The notes beneath the pieces were generated by a model. It ran no database searches. It saw only the letters and a list, made by a program, of their open reading frames with translations, and was not told the origin of the DNA. Of a DNA stretch of 64,000 nucleotides, positions 39,653 to 54,156 are shown piece after piece. Location: contig NC_068991.1 in the NCBI RefSeq assembly GCF_001194135.2, forward strand, positions 408,582 through 472,581, in the 5' to 3' direction. A program made the position numbers and the translations under genes. Within the stretch, counting starts at the first letter, position 1, and each line of letters starts with the position of its first letter. This stretch comes from Octopus bimaculoides (taxonomy: Eukaryota).

Positions 39653-40266
39653 TATTGTGTACTATTATAAAGTCTCACTATTATATAGCAACTACTATGT
39701 GGCTACAATTATATTTCTACCATTATATACCTACGAGTATTATATAACCACTACTGTACACCCATTATTACAAGCCACAACTATAGCCATTATTACTCAG
39801 AGTTTTGCATAATTGATCATCTGACAGTTGGAAAAATACGTTGTTTTATAAATGTTTGTAAATGGTGCTGTGATAATTAAAGCTGATTGAACAGTGAATG
39901 GGACCGTCCAAAATAACAAGAATCTGTTTAGATGATTGACCATTGAGGTATATTAATATAATCATAAAAAAACAAGTAAAAGTTGGGTAACATAAATTAC
40001 TTACACTCAGAGTAATATAACATTAGGAGTCAAGGAAACAAGTTTTAGAAATTAAGAATTTAAGAAAAATAAGTCATAAAAAAACATTTGACAATCAAGG
40101 ACAAATGAGTATCACAAAACAAATAAATAAGTTTGTTGTAGTTAAAAGGAAGAGAAAGGGAGTGTATAAAATAAGGGAAGAAAGAGAGTGGGGGTGGGTT
40201 TAAACAGGGGGGAAAAGAGATGGGAGTTAAGCATTGGTATGCCATTAGCAGCATTAAAAGCCTGTA

Positions 40267-40305
<39 letters not shown>

Positions 40306-41721
40306 CATGTATCTCAGCTCATCTACTCTTTCATATAATATACATATGGGAGAGGAGTTAAGAGCAATTAGAAAACATGCATTAGACAGAGAAATTAGAT
40401 AGAGAGAGACGTAAAGTTAGATAATATTATATGTAGGGTGCAGTACAAGGGTGGAGAGCAAGAGCATGGTAAAAGTGTAGATAAATGAGAAACCTAGAGA
40501 TGAGGTGGAGTGTGGAGGGAGGGAGAGAGAGAGAGGTCAGATAGGGATAAATATAGTGAGTGACAGATAATGGGTGAGCCACCAATGGATGATATGAGAG
40601 AGGGTTAAGGATGAGGTGTGATAGTTGTAAGATGTAGTTCAGAGGAGAAGGAGAGAGAAGAAGTGACAGGGAAAGGGGTGATCAGTGGAAAATAAAGTGG
40701 AAAGGTTTCATATTGAGAATGAAGGATGGCAGTGGTTCAAAGGAGGAGGGTGACTGGGGGCACAGAACTAATAGCAGAAGATGGACAGCTCTGCTCTCAT
40801 TACAACAGTTGAATGAATAGTGCCATAGTTAGAAGAGTGATGGAGGGAAGTGTGTTAGAAAGATGGGAGGTGGGGAAGGCTTTATAGGGACAGATTGCAT
40901 GCAGGATCATCAACACAGTGAATTGTCAATTATCTCAGCCCTTCCTAATGCCAACCACTCCGAGAGTGTACACTGTGTTTATGAGGTTACTCTACATTCC
41001 AGAACAAGTAGTTAATTCTTCCACAACTCAGACACTGTCTTCTTGAAGTAATGTAACCCTAGATACACTATACCTGAAACAAAATAGTCAAAAGGATAGT
41101 CATGGTTGGAACGTCTTTGGTCCTTGGTGTTGTGAATCCCAATTGAGTTGGGTTTATTAACAATTAAGTTAAAAAGTTAGGTTGCGGTGTGGGGGATGAA
41201 TGTGTTGGACTAATTACATTAATTAACAATAAACAATGAGATAATTCCTAATCTAAATAGATAAGTGATTTTATCTGTGATTCACTTTAATGAAGTTATG
41301 TCAATTAAATTAAAACAACTCTTTCAGGAACAGAAATAAAAACAGATGCAGCAGAAAATTAGATTCTTGCATATTTTCTTTATCTTAAATATCAACAAAA
41401 CAACTTGCAAGAATAAAATGTTTTCTTTTTAATCACTTTTTAATTGATTTTATTCATCAAAACAAGAAACAAAACCAAGCTTCATATATTTATTTATTTT
41501 CTGGGGGAAAAAAATAAAATAACCATGGAACAGCTGTTAGAAAACTCTGATAGTAGATCTGAAGAAATATCAGTCAAAATCTAACATTTCAAAGTTTTTC
41601 AATCTTAATTATATATTTATCAATCTACAGTGACATATTTATTTCTATCATTTTTTTTTTTATTATTAAATCTCTTGATTTTTAAAATCAAATATACTTC
41701 ACTCCAGGCTTTTTTCTTGAG

Positions 41722-42474
41722 NNNNNNNNNNNNNNNNNNNNNNNNNNNNNNNNNNNNNNNNNNNNNNNNNNNNNNNNNNNNNNNNNNNNNNNNNNNNNNN
41801 NNNNNNNNNNNNNNNNNNNNNNNNNNNNNNNNNNNNNNNNNNNNNNNNNNNNNNNNNNNNNNNNNNNNNNNNNNNNNNNNNNNNNNNNNNNNNNNNNNNN
41901 NNNNNNNNNNNNNNNNNNNNNNNNNNNNNNNNNNNNNNNNNNNNNNNNNNNNNNNNNNNNNNNNNNNNNNNNNNNNNNNNNNNNNNNNNNNNNNNNNNNN
42001 NNNNNNNNNNNNNNNNNNNNNNNNNNNNNNNNNNNNNNNNNNNNNNNNNNNNNNNNNNNNNNNNNNNNNNNNNNNNNNNNNNNNNNNNNNNNNNNNNNNN
42101 NNNNNNNNNNNNNNNNNNNNNNNNNNNNNNNNNNNNNNNNNNNNNNNNNNNNNNNNNNNNNNNNNNNNNNNNNNNNNNNNNNNNNNNNNNNNNNNNNNNN
42201 NNNNNNNNNNNNNNNNNNNNNNNNNNNNNNNNNNNNNNNNNNNNNNNNNNNNNNNNNNNNNNNNNNNNNNNNNNNNNNNNNNNNNNNNNNNNNNNNNNNN
42301 NNNNNNNNNNNNNNNNNNNNNNNNNNNNNNNNNNNNNNNNNNNNNNNNNNNNNNNNNNNNNNNNNNNNNNNNNNNNNNNNNNNNNNNNNNNNNNNNNNNN
42401 NNNNNNNNNNNNNNNNNNNNNNNNNNNNNNNNNNNNNNNNNNNNNNNNNNNNNNNNNNNNNNNNNNNNNNNNNN
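41722..42474. other. Assembly gap (largest of 11)
   Basis: N-run. Others lie at 5109-5118, 6210-6219, 8377-8895, 16879-17074, 18010-18035, 25405-25414, 29285-29294, 31029-31097, 47432-47506 and 54193-54202, mostly next to microsatellites. Confidence 1.
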
Positions 42475-42533
<59 letters not shown>

Positions 42534-43442
42534 AAGAGAGCGGGGTGAGGGAGAGAGAAAGAGTGAATGAGTGAGTAAAGACATCAGAAGGACCAGAATG
42601 GACCAGAAACGAGACCAAGGAAGCTGGGGGACAGAAAAGATGAAGGTGGATCTCAGGATGTGGAACTTCATAAAGAAAATTGCCAAAAACCAAAATAAAT
42701 AAATCACAATTGGCATGGTGCTCTACTGAGCAGGTCTTCCTCATCTAACATGGGGAAACCAGATAGCTTCATTTATTAAATTTGAAACAAGATTCAGTGT
42801 AAAGTTGTGGTGTTTGTATTGGCTGACACAGAACCAGGGAAACAATGGTGAGAAAGGAACAATGAAAGGCAAAAAAAAGTAAATATTTAAAACAGGAAAT
42901 GTGAAATGGGAGAGGAAGTAAGAAAAGGGGTTTCGCTAAAATCTGGACAATTGTTTTATAAGTGGAAGATTTGAGTAGAGAGATAAGAAAGTGGGACAAA
43001 TAGCAGCAAATTGGTGGGGACCATTCTTTTAAGGAGTTCTTTTAATGATAAAAAGGAGAGGATCTGATTACATGAATAGTTAGCAGGTGTTTCCTTTCAC
43101 CTTGTGTTAGACTAACGAACAACTAAATTGAAACAAGCAAAACATTTATTCATCAAGTTGTATATTTTTTGTTATTTCTCTGTGGTATTTTGTAAAGAGT
43201 AGACATGAGGTTTCCAAACAGGCCAATCATTTCGTTCACTGGGTTTATGAATGGCAACACAGTGACAACGAAATGTCTGTACAATTTGATGATTTACTTT
43301 CAATGCACTGTTTTATCAATTTTCTCACTGATTTTTACATATATCACCAATATATATTGGTGGTCAATGAAAAGTATATACACACATATATACACCTCTT
43401 TGATATATATAAATATATTTATTTATCTTTATATATATACAC

Positions 43443-44250
43443 CATCAGATGTGGTGTGCAAGAGAGGTAACTGCACTGGTATGGTCATGTGTTGCACATG
43501 GATGAGGACAGCTCAACCATAAGCAACACATGATCATACAAAGTGTCACGCCCTAGCAGTAGAGGAAACCTGTGCAAGAGGTAGACCCAGGAAGACCTGG
43601 GATGAGGTGGTGAAGCACAACCTTCAAATGTTGGGCCTCACCAAGACAATGACAAGTGACCAAGACCTTTGGAAATATGCTGTGCTTGAGAAGACCTGGC
43701 AAACCAAGTGAGACCGTAACCATGGCCTATGCCAGTGCAACATAACCGGCCCATTTAAGAGCACCCTTCAATCATTGGGCAATAAACTGCGCTTGCGAAG
43801 ACCTGTTGAGGCAAGGGAAGTCGTTGTCGTAGCCGATGACAGTACTGCCTGAATGGCACCCGTGACGACAGCACATAAAAAGCACCATTCAAGCGTAGTC
43901 GATGCCAGTGGCGCCTGACTGGTCCTGCACTGGTGGCATGTAAAAAGCACCATTCGAGCATGGTTGATGCCAGTGCAAGCTGACTGGCTCCCATGCCAGT
44001 GGCACGTAAAAAGTACTATTCAAGCGTGGTCGATGCCAGTACTGTCTGACTGGCCCTCATGCCAGTGGCACATTAAAAGCACCCACTACACTCTCGGAGC
44101 GGTTGGCGTTAGGAAGGGCATCCAGCTGTAGAAACTTTGCTAGATTGGATTGGAGCCTGGTGCAGCCTTCTGCCTTGCCAGCCCTCAGTCAAACCGTCCA
44201 ACCCATGCCAGCATGGAAAGCAGGTGCTAAACGACACTGATGATGATGAT
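43443..44250 (+). mobile_element. RTE LINE 3' end (ORF C-terminus, sub-repeated 3' UTR, (GAT)n tail)
   Basis: LHWYGHVLHMDED and GRPRKTWDEVVKHNLQMLGLTKTMTSDQDLWKYAVLEKTWQTK*, then ~55-60-bp tandem subrepeats, then ...CCATGCCAGCATGGAAAG...GATGATGAT. Confidence 0.9.
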
Positions 44251-45410
44251 GATAGATACATAAATTTATGAATTTGCGTTACAAGATTCCTGATGTGAAA
44301 TAAGGTGTTGAAACATGTATTGTTATATTTCAGGATGGTCATTTTATTTTTTTTTTTTGCCAAGTATTACATATTATACATTTTTCTCACCCATTATATA
44401 TTAGACAACCTTTATACACAGCACACTTCCCCACAAATTATGTATTCTTCATCACATCATCCTATCTGTGCAATCATCTCCCTAATTCTCTCCTATTTCT
44501 AGTCCTGCAGATCTATAGTCAAAGACATTCCAAAATGAAAATCCAAAGTTTTATTCAGACATAGTATATTTAGGACTCTGTTATATATTGTGTTCTTTAT
44601 TTTTGAAGACTACGATATGCACTTTAGGGGAAATTTTACTGTTATTTCTAGCAAGTCAAAGTATTACATCCTGGTAATAGTCATTGGCATTAACTTGGTA
44701 TTTGGTGACATTCACAGAAACTTTCTGACATATTTTCTGGAAGTTACACTCTTGCTATATTTCTTCAGAGATTTCACTTGAGTATACAATTGAAATTTGA
44801 AGATAATCCCCTGCTTGAACTAAGCCTCGTATGAAATTTCAACTCCCTGTTGGTCATATTCCTACTTCTTGTAGACCACTTGTAGCATTAATAATGGCAA
44901 CACCTATTGTAAAAACCAGAGACTTCACACTTTCCTGGTGAAGACAGCAAGAAACTAACTCCTGTCTGTCTTTACTGGGATTCTGTGACGAAGCTGCTCA
45001 GCTGATAACAACGCAGAGCCAAACATCCACGTGTTTGTGGAAGAATGAAATGTGTGTGTGTGTGTGAAGAATAACATGTGTATGCATATGTATGTGCTAT
45101 GCCATATTATACTATAGGTGCTTGATATATATTACTATAGATATTAAGGTGACAAACTGGCAGAAGCATCGTTAGCATGCCAGGTGAAAATTCTCAATGG
45201 CATTTCATCCATCCTTATGTTCCGATTTCAAATTCTGCCCAGGTTGACTTTTACTTTTCATCCTTTTGTGGTTGATAAAATAAGTACCAGTTGAGTTCTG
45301 GCAGGAGTCAATGGAATCAACTTAATCCTGCTTCAACCAAAAATTGCTGGCCTGGTGCCAAAATTTAAAATTGATTTATACTACATATATGTGTGTGTGT
45401 GATAGAGACA

Positions 45411-45448
<38 letters not shown>

Positions 45449-45789
45449 ACGCGCGCGTGCGCGTTTGCATCTGAGTATGTAGTATGTGTATGCATGTATT
45501 GTATATAACATTATCATTATTGTCATTTGATGCCCATCTTTGCTGCTGGCATGAGTTGCATGGTTTGACAGGTTCAAACAAATTGGCAAAGGGCATCAAG
45601 CTCCAATGCCTGCTTTGGTATGGCTTCTACAGCTGGATGCCCTTCCTAACACCAGTCAGTTTAGAAAAGCGTACTGGGTGACATCTCTTTTCACATCCTG
45701 CTGCATCAACTTGACAGAATCGGATGGTTTAATAGAGCAATTCCAAAACTTTCCAGTTGCCATTATGAAGTTATCCAACTCACGCTAGC

Positions 45790-46620
45790 AAACCTCTTTC
45801 TGCTTCTTTCCTTGCTAAGTAAACCTGTCCCTTAGTTTCTCTTCCTACTTCCAGATACAATTCTCTGCTACCCAGCTTTTCTTGCAATCCTTCCAAGCCA
45901 GTTTCTTCACTTTTATGGTCCACTTTACTTCATTGTTCCACTACCACATCATCCTTGGTCTGCATGGAATTTGACACCTGCCATAGATTTTGGTCTGTGT
46001 CCCCTCAGCAGATTATCCTGTCAAAATTCCAGTTCTCCTCCACTTATACATCTCTATCTCTTTTTATTTCTCATCAAATATTTCACTTAGAATGTCTCTA
46101 TATTCCTGACGGCTTAATCAATCTTTAAGCTTCCATATCTTCCTTTTCTAAACCGTTTCGTGTCTCTGAGTCCTTCTAGCTCTAAATCTGAAGTTATCAA
46201 CTATTAAAATATACTGAGTTGTACATTCTTCACCTAGGAAGGACATTCATATTCTCAAGTGTCTGCCTATCCCTGCATCTTGTGAGAATCTAGTCAACCT
46301 GGCTTTTGTGGCCGGCATCAGATTGATAGGTGAACACGCGACTGGTATGTTTCTTGAAGCTTGTGTTGCAGACCATCAGGTTACCTGCATCCCAGAATTT
46401 CAAGAGCTTTGTTCCCTCTTTACTTCTAGGACCATAGCTATAGCCACCATGTCCATCATGGAATCTATTGGGTTGCTGTCCATTGAAGTCACTAGTCATG
46501 AAGAACACTGTCATGTTTTTATTGAAGTAATCTGCAGAAAGGCCTCATAAAACCAGCCCCTTTCTTCATCTGCCAGTTATGATCAAAGAGATATAAATGC
46601 TGTTGCTCTGCCTAAGTTTA
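45790..46620 (-). mobile_element. Decayed RTE-clade LINE, APE endonuclease C-terminus and linker
   Basis: SDFNG...GHGGYSYGPRSKEGTKLLKFWDAGNLMVCNTSFKK...TYQS...SQVD (track ORF 46290-46514) is an RTE endonuclease signature. QVYLARKEAE occurs further downstream. Confidence 0.85.
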
Positions 46621-47372
46621 ATTATTCTATCAAACACTGACTACCTCAATCACTTCATCCATTTCTTTGCCAAAATTATGCCCTCACCACCCACATCTTC
46701 ACCACTGCCAACTCAGAAGAATGTATAGCTTTGTTCCTAGCATATGAGGTGTGAGTGTTTACATATATGTATGAATGTGTATTTACATAATATATATATA
46801 GATATATATAGATATATATATATATACATTCATATTCACCTACATACCAATATGTGACTGTGTGTGTGTGTGGGTGTTTATGCATGTAAATATTCATGTT
46901 ATAGTTAATGTTATGATGTTATATCTGTCATTGGCTGTCTCGAGTCAAGAAGAGAGGAAAATCACTGTTTAGAGTTTAACAGTTTTAAATCCCAAGACCG
47001 CACCAAACATGCTTCAGTTGACAGAACAACACCACAGTCTCTTACTCATATGGAGTTACCAATAAATATTTATAGCAAGCCTTTCACACTGGAAATTATG
47101 TTTATACAAGCACACACACACACACACACACCAGAGTGAAGTGCAAGAAGTGGGTTCATTAAGAAAAGAAAAAACTCAAAATAAAATAAGAAGCAAATAG
47201 GAAAAAACCCAACATGTTTGTGACATTATCTCTTTTCACATCCTGCTGCATCAACTTGACAGAATCGGATGCTTCAACAGAGCAATTCCAAAACCTTCCA
47301 GTTGCCATTATGAAGTTATCCAACTCATGCTAGTATGGAACATGGACATTAAAAGATGATAATGATGATGAC

Positions 47373-47431
<59 letters not shown>

Positions 47432-47511
47432 NNNNNNNNNNNNNNNNNNNNNNNNNNNNNNNNNNNNNNNNNNNNNNNNNNNNNNNNNNNNNNNNNNNNN
47501 NNNNNNATATA

Positions 47512-47690
47512 TAGCACGTAAAAGCACCCACTACACTCTCTGAGTGGTTGGCGTTAGGAAGGGCATCCAGCTGTAGAAACTCTGCCAAATCAGATGGGAG
47601 CCTGGTGCAGCCATCTGGTTCACCAGTCCTCAGTCAAATCGTCCAACCCACACTAGCATGGAAGGCAGATATTAAACGATGATGATGAGA
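47512..47690 (+). mobile_element. RTE-family 3' end copy
   Basis: GCACGTAAAAGCACCCACTACACTCT...GGGCATCCAGCTGTAGAAACTCTGCC...ACTAGCATGG...GATGATGATGAG. Confidence 0.85.
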
Positions 47691-47947
47691 ATAATGATAA
47701 GAGCTACTAATAGTTTCTTGCTGTGAAGACATGTGGGTAGGCAGGATTTTATAACATTTCTTGTGTCTCTAAGCAATCTTCAGGTCCATTAGTCAGGCTA
47801 GTTTTAACTGTCAACTGTTTAAAATGCCTAAAGAAATGGTTTGGTCATGTAATTATATAATACATCAGGAACAAACAAGTAGGTACCATGTTGAAATACA
47901 TATAGCATAATCTGATAAAATAAATTACATCTTATTCATATTTTATT

Positions 47948-47998
<51 letters not shown>

Positions 47999-50900
47999 AG
48001 TAGCACCTATAAAGAGGTGCTTTATCAATTCACCAAAGTGAATGGAGCCTTGGCCAGTAGGAACTGATGTCGTCAGACGGCATCCAATGTTCATCGGGTG
48101 TTTCGACCCTCAACCGTAACGCCCCCTCCCTCCTCCATCGGTGGGTAGCCAAATCACTGCTCCTCATCTCCTCCTGGCTTCTAGCTTAACTCTTCTCTCT
48201 TAACTCTTCTCAGGACAGTCCTGGAGGCGTATTTTGCATCATGGACAAGTGAATTTTGGAAGAGGAGCCTTGCAAGTCTACAAGATAGACAGAAGGGGAG
48301 TATATTTTGGAATAAAAAAGAACTTTGTTTATCTTAACTTTGGAAAATGAAAGAAGTATAAAAAAACCACATTATTTATGAGGTGACTTAACAACAGGCT
48401 TCTTTCAGTTTCCATCTATCAATTCCATTCTCAAGGATTTAGTCAGGTTAGAGCTGCAATAGATGACACTTGGCCAAGGTATTTTAATGTCCACTTTCCA
48501 TGCTTTCATGGGTCAGACAAGGGTCTTTTGCTGGATGTCTTTCCTGATGCTAACCCCATTTGTTTCCAAGGGATGTAATAATCTCCCAGAATCAATCAAC
48601 AAAAAGCCAGGACGGGAAACATGCAACACTGATTGAATGCAACAAGAGATGTGAAGAAGTGCAGAGTGGACTGCAACAAACAACATCAACAGTATGGAAA
48701 TTGAGGGTTTTGTTTCCAATCAGTTAAAGCATAAGCAGACAAACGGAAATACAAACTCATTCACACACACACACATTCCTGATTTTTTTTTTCCACTTTT
48801 ATAACTATTCTATGCGTGTGCACACACACACACACATTTATCATGGGCAACCACATAGAGAAGCTGAATCATTAAGTTCAGTTGGAATAATCTGGTGTTG
48901 AGGGGGGGGGGCATGATCAAAGAATGTCAACCACTTCTGAGATTATTGATAGCAATTTTGGTAAGAATCAAACAAAGAACAGATATTTCTTGTATTGTAA
49001 TTAATTTAATCTTAACCCTGTTCTAGAAGATGAATCTTCAATATTTGGGTGGTTCCAGAACTAAACGGAAATGCTTTGGAATTTTTCAACTCTTCTTCTG
49101 CAAATTAGTTTTTGATAAGACAAGTCTTGGCGATTTTTGTTGTAGTTTCCCTTCACCATCAGATAAAAAATAAGTTTAAATATATTTCCAAGATAAATAT
49201 TTTTGTTATTGTTTATCCCCAGATCAGTTCTAATCCCTCAGACCAATGATCAATGACATTCTAACCATGACCATCCTGGCTTTTATTCAGGCTTGGTGTA
49301 TTTTAGACTACTTTATATAACATGACATTCTTATTTATAAGACAGTATAATACTCCTCCAGATGAAAAAATACTTCTCCAGGACTGTTTATTTGTTTACT
49401 AAAACAACAATATACAAACACATGCGACATATTATGTCATATCAATAATTAAAAAAAGGACATATAGTGACAGAAAATGGGATAATATCTTACAGCTGTT
49501 TCAGTCTAGAGGTGACATGTCTCATTCTATCTATATAACTCCAGTAGGCTGAAGTAATTAATAAATGAAATAAAGGTACATAGATGATTCTCTAGGCCTC
49601 TTCAGAGATTTTATAAAGTTCATAAGGTTAATTTAAAAATATAAAAACTGTAAAAACTCACATATATATATAAACTATACCTGGGGTTAAAATGAGCTGA
49701 TCTGTCTTATAGCCTGGGGTACACCTAGAGTATAAAAGGGACTAGTTTTCCATTCTTGTCCAGATTATACTCCACTTGTAGTTTTCAGAGATAACGTAAC
49801 CCAGGAGGAATCCTATTGAGTTTAGTATTAAGTATTTGATGAAATACAATTACAAATTTAAAAATTGGACAAACAGTAGGAAAAGGAGATCATAGAGTAA
49901 TTAGAATTGGCATTAACTTTAATTTAAATGAGAAGAAAGGAACAATTGTCAGAAATTTCAGAAAAGCAAATTTTATAGATTTAAGAGGCTTGGGAATGAG
50001 ATGTAGAGTGGTATTACATGACTAGAACCAGAATAAATGAGTTCAAACCCCATGGAAGGAATAATATTTTAGAATTACCGAGAAGAAAATAAGTGAGGTA
50101 ATCAACCTTCAAATTGATATGGATAAGGAATATGAAAAGAGGGAGAAATATTTGAGATTATTCAAACAATATTTTTTCGCAAGTGGAATTTGAGACAATA
50201 ATAATTAAAATTAAGAAGAGAAGTGAAAAAATAAAATGGAACATTTAGAAAAAATTACAAAATAAAAATTGCTAAAAAATCAGAAATAAAGGCAAAAATT
50301 ATTGCATATTGCAGTTTTTAATTTAAAGTTTGTAACATTTTGAATTTATATATATAGCATCAGATAAACAAACAGCTTGCATTTGAATGACCAGAGAGAA
50401 TATACCAATCTGACACTCAAGGCTACACCGATTAAACTCATCCATGACAAAACCAATGATTGAGATCAAATCATTCCAGCTATTTTGTTTATTACATACC
50501 TACCCAAGCAAGCCACAGGCCTGAAGTCTGCTAAAAATAGTACTACAGCAGCACTTCCAGACTCAGCAAATCCTGATGTACTTCAGGCACTTTGTAGACA
50601 TTTCCATTCCACTGTTTCCATCAACATCTCCAGGAAACAGTCCTCTCAGAAGAATTATTACACTTGTCACAAAGTAACAAAGAAATTTATCCATAGTTGA
50701 AGGGAGACAATCGTCACCAGTCACAAAGAAAGGAGTTGGGAAAGAAGAAATGGGGAGGGTTGTGTAGGAGGAGGAGGAGTAGTTATTAAGAAGTTGGTTA
50801 TCATTTAAATTATCAAATGACGCTTTCGTTTCCCCTCTTTCTGAGAGTGTTGTTGTTTGTTATTTCACACGAGTAACAAAGTGACAATCAACGACTACAA

Positions 50901-51739
50901 AATGGCTTCAATGTTACTTGTCCTCCCCCCCCATGCTTCATGACCCCTCTTAACGTTCTCAGCAAATGGACGATCCTTAACCCAGTAGAAGCTGAAGCCA
51001 CAGACATAACAATTAGAAGTCTTACTACCCAGTCTGATGAGATTTCCTTTTCTCTGTTGCGCCCTCCTTTGCCTCAACCGTCACTACTTTGACAGTTTGG
51101 GAAGAGAGCGAGAGAGAGAGAGAGAGAGGTTTGCGTGACCAGGAGCAATAATAATGCACTTCATTCAAAGTTCCCAGTTTGGTTTCAAATTCCTGTACAC
51201 CACTTTAGTTATTAAACAACATCCAACTTTCTTACAACTCTCAGTGGAGTTTTCGATTTTGAGTGTATGTCTACTCATATTTTCTTGTTTTGACATAAAA
51301 TACCACTTAAAACTCATCTGCAGGGACAACTTTACACATTACAATATCTGATACATGAGTATAGATTCTGGTAGTCTTTAAGTCTGGCAACAGAAATTGG
51401 ATGAGATGGTCACTGGTCATTTGGCCGTTGATATTTTTCAAATAATTCATAAATGGTAAAGGCTGATTGGGTTGGAATCCTCTAAACAAATCCCAATTTC
51501 TGGTAAAGATATTTCATTCCATCATCAACAATTGAAGTAGCAATATCTATTTATAGCACAAACTCTCTGGCATTAACGACACAATGGAGGGTCATTTTTT
51601 TAATTTCTAAGCAGGTAGCCAATTCCCCAAATCTGTATTGCTTTTCTCCAGGCCAAATAACTTTAATGAAAGTGTATAGAGAGAAAATCAAGAAATATTG
51701 AAAACATTTGGCCCTCACTGATTTGTCCCCACAGTTATT

Positions 51740-52062
51740 AACACCCCGTCAGTTATGAGGATGAGAGGGTTCCTGTTGGTCTGATCAACAGAGCAGCCTG
51801 CTCGTGAAATTGACGTGCAAGTGACTGAGCACTCCACAGACATGCGTACCCTTAAAGTAGGTGTTCAGGGAGATTCAGCGTGCCACAGAGTGTAACAAGG
51901 CCGGCCCTTTCAAATACAGGATTAACTCATTTTTGCCAGCTGAGTGGACTGGTGCAACGTGAAATAAAGTGCCTTGCTCAAGGAAACAACGCGCCGCCTG
52001 GTATCGAACTCACAACCTTATGATCGTGATCCAAATACCCTAACCACTGAGCCACCTGCTTT
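51740..52062 (-). mobile_element. tRNA-derived SINE with a conserved central (CORE/V/Meta-like) domain
   Basis: Reverse complement shows A box TGGCTCAGTGGT, B box GTTCGATACC, then GTTTCCTTGAGCAAGGCACTTTATTTCAC...CACTCAGCTGG. Confidence 0.8.
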
Positions 52063-53801
52063 CCCTGTTACTCGCGTTAAATAAAATGTCTCCCCCATTG
52101 CCACTCCTCACCCTCTTCTGCAGAGAACTGGCGATTATTTCTCCTTTAAGAGATTGTCTCCCTTCAAGGAACGTCTTATCTCCCTTCAAATATTGGTTTC
52201 AAATTTTGACACAAGGCCAGCAATTTCGTAAGAGGGGGTTAAGCCGACTACATCGATCTCCCCGCCTCCCCGGTCTTCAAATGGTACTTAACTTATCGAG
52301 CCCGAAAGGATGAAAAACACAATCAACCTTGGCAGAATTTGAACTCTGAAAGAAAAGGCGGACGAAATGCCGTTAAGCATTTTGTCCGGCGTGCTAACGA
52401 CTGCCAGTTCACTGCCTTACTCGAACCTCCCTACAACGTCTCCATCAGAATCGGTCGAACAGATGGTCATGGTCACACACCACTGAACGTTGTTTGAGTT
52501 ACCTTCCGTTCACAAAATCTAGAAAACTGCTATATGTTGCTATCCTCATAATGCATCTACATCACAGCCGATTGTTTGAGCTCTGATTTTATTTATATCA
52601 TGATAGTCACTGGTACAGTTCACCGTCCCCATGATATCTATTTCATGGTAAAAAAAAAAAAATTACTAGCCCGCAATGTATGAACATTACAGTCAACTGC
52701 GGCCAACAAATGACATATCAACTGTGCCCCCCCCCCCCAATAACAGATGTCAGTTGTGTCCATTACGTGTCAGATGTCAACAGTGTCCATCCAATAAGAA
52801 ATGTCAACTACAACCACATTGTGGCAGATGTCAATTGTCTTAATCTACCAAGTAAGCTCCAAGAACTGCCTAAATGTGCCAACTCCAAGACCAGCCAGTC
52901 AAGAAACCTCTATACAGCTTCTCAACCTGTTAGAAATGCCAGTCAAATGTCCGTCACATTTTATAAAGTAGGGAAGGTCACAATGGATAATGTAGTTTTA
53001 GATATGCTGTGTCTGAATAAAAGATTGGATGGTCATGGCTAGACTGCCTTTGGTCATAGACCTTCTGGAGCAAAGTCGGCTTCAAGCCAAACAACAACTT
53101 GTATAATGCAGTCCAACTGGAATTAATGTAAACCCAAACCATACAACCTGACGTTTTTGCTATGTCTTTCAGTCCAGCACTCTTGGGAATTTAGGAGGAC
53201 AGAATTGGTTAAATCAAGCAGAATATTATATTGGCCCTTATTTATTTTAATGTCGGGAATATAAAGTGAGGGGGGGGGGATATGGTTTAAAGGGAGATAA
53301 CTCAATATTACATTTCGTCTCACTATCTTCTACCACAGAAATACCAGCATTTCTACTCCAAGACTTCTGGTTATAACTGTATATATTATGAAAAATACTA
53401 CATGGATCCATGAAAAAGTAAAACTTTGACTTTCAATCAGATCAGTCTTTCTTATTGGCGGGGGCCAGGCCCTGACAAGCGAGGATTAAAAACAGCAAAG
53501 TTAAAATTTAAATGATTTTCAATATTTAAACTTATCTATTGCTCATATGGAGAAGAAAGAAGAATTATATTGATGCAAACTTTGTTCTGTATTCTCATTA
53601 AAAATTTTTATTTAAATAAATAAAGTATTTTTAATGAGAATTTTGTTGGGATCAAAAGTTGAAAATATTTTTGAGGCAAGTGCCTCTTGTTTACAGGTTT
53701 CATTTCGCTGGGTCCCCCCCCCCCCCCCCCGCCGAGATTTTTGAATGCTGTTTCGTTAATTCTTATGAGAGAGAATCGCTTGACCGTGATATGTAGAACA
53801 C

Positions 53802-54156
53802 GGTAATCTTCCAGTTTCGAGAAGTAAAAGAAATAAATAAAAATATTCAAGGGAAATGACTGAACGACTTACCAGTATTATCCGTACTACTTTTTCTCTA
53901 AAACAGCATGCGACGGAATTTTTTTTTATAAAAGGTTAGGGTTAGGGTTAGATGTTGTGCAGCCGGTCTTCCACGAGGCATTTTCGATTTCTCATAAGAA
54001 ACTGATATTCAATCACGTGTGTGATTTATATATAAACAGTTAACGTCATCAAATCACGTGATTTATTTATAAACTACGAATAATACTGGTAAGACGTTCA
54101 GTTATTTCCCTTGTATTTTATTTACTTTTTTAACCTCTCGAAACTGGAAGATTACC
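53802..54156. mobile_element. Foldback/MITE-like element with ~85-bp TIRs and internal TTAGGG repeats
   Basis: 53802-53886 (GGTAATCTTCCAGTTTCGAG...CTTACCAGTATTATCCGTA) is the near reverse complement of 54075-54156. GGTTAGGGTTAGGGTTAG lies at 53934-53951. Confidence 0.75.

Noticed and set aside
45684-47333. ~105-bp direct repeats (45684-45788 and 47229-47333) flanking an RT-related fragment, LTR-like in appearance
   Set aside because: The repeat ends in the palindrome plus GAT-type tail of a SINE/LINE 3' end, lacks TG...CA ends and a PBS, and the interior is a non-LTR RTE fragment. These are two independent copies.
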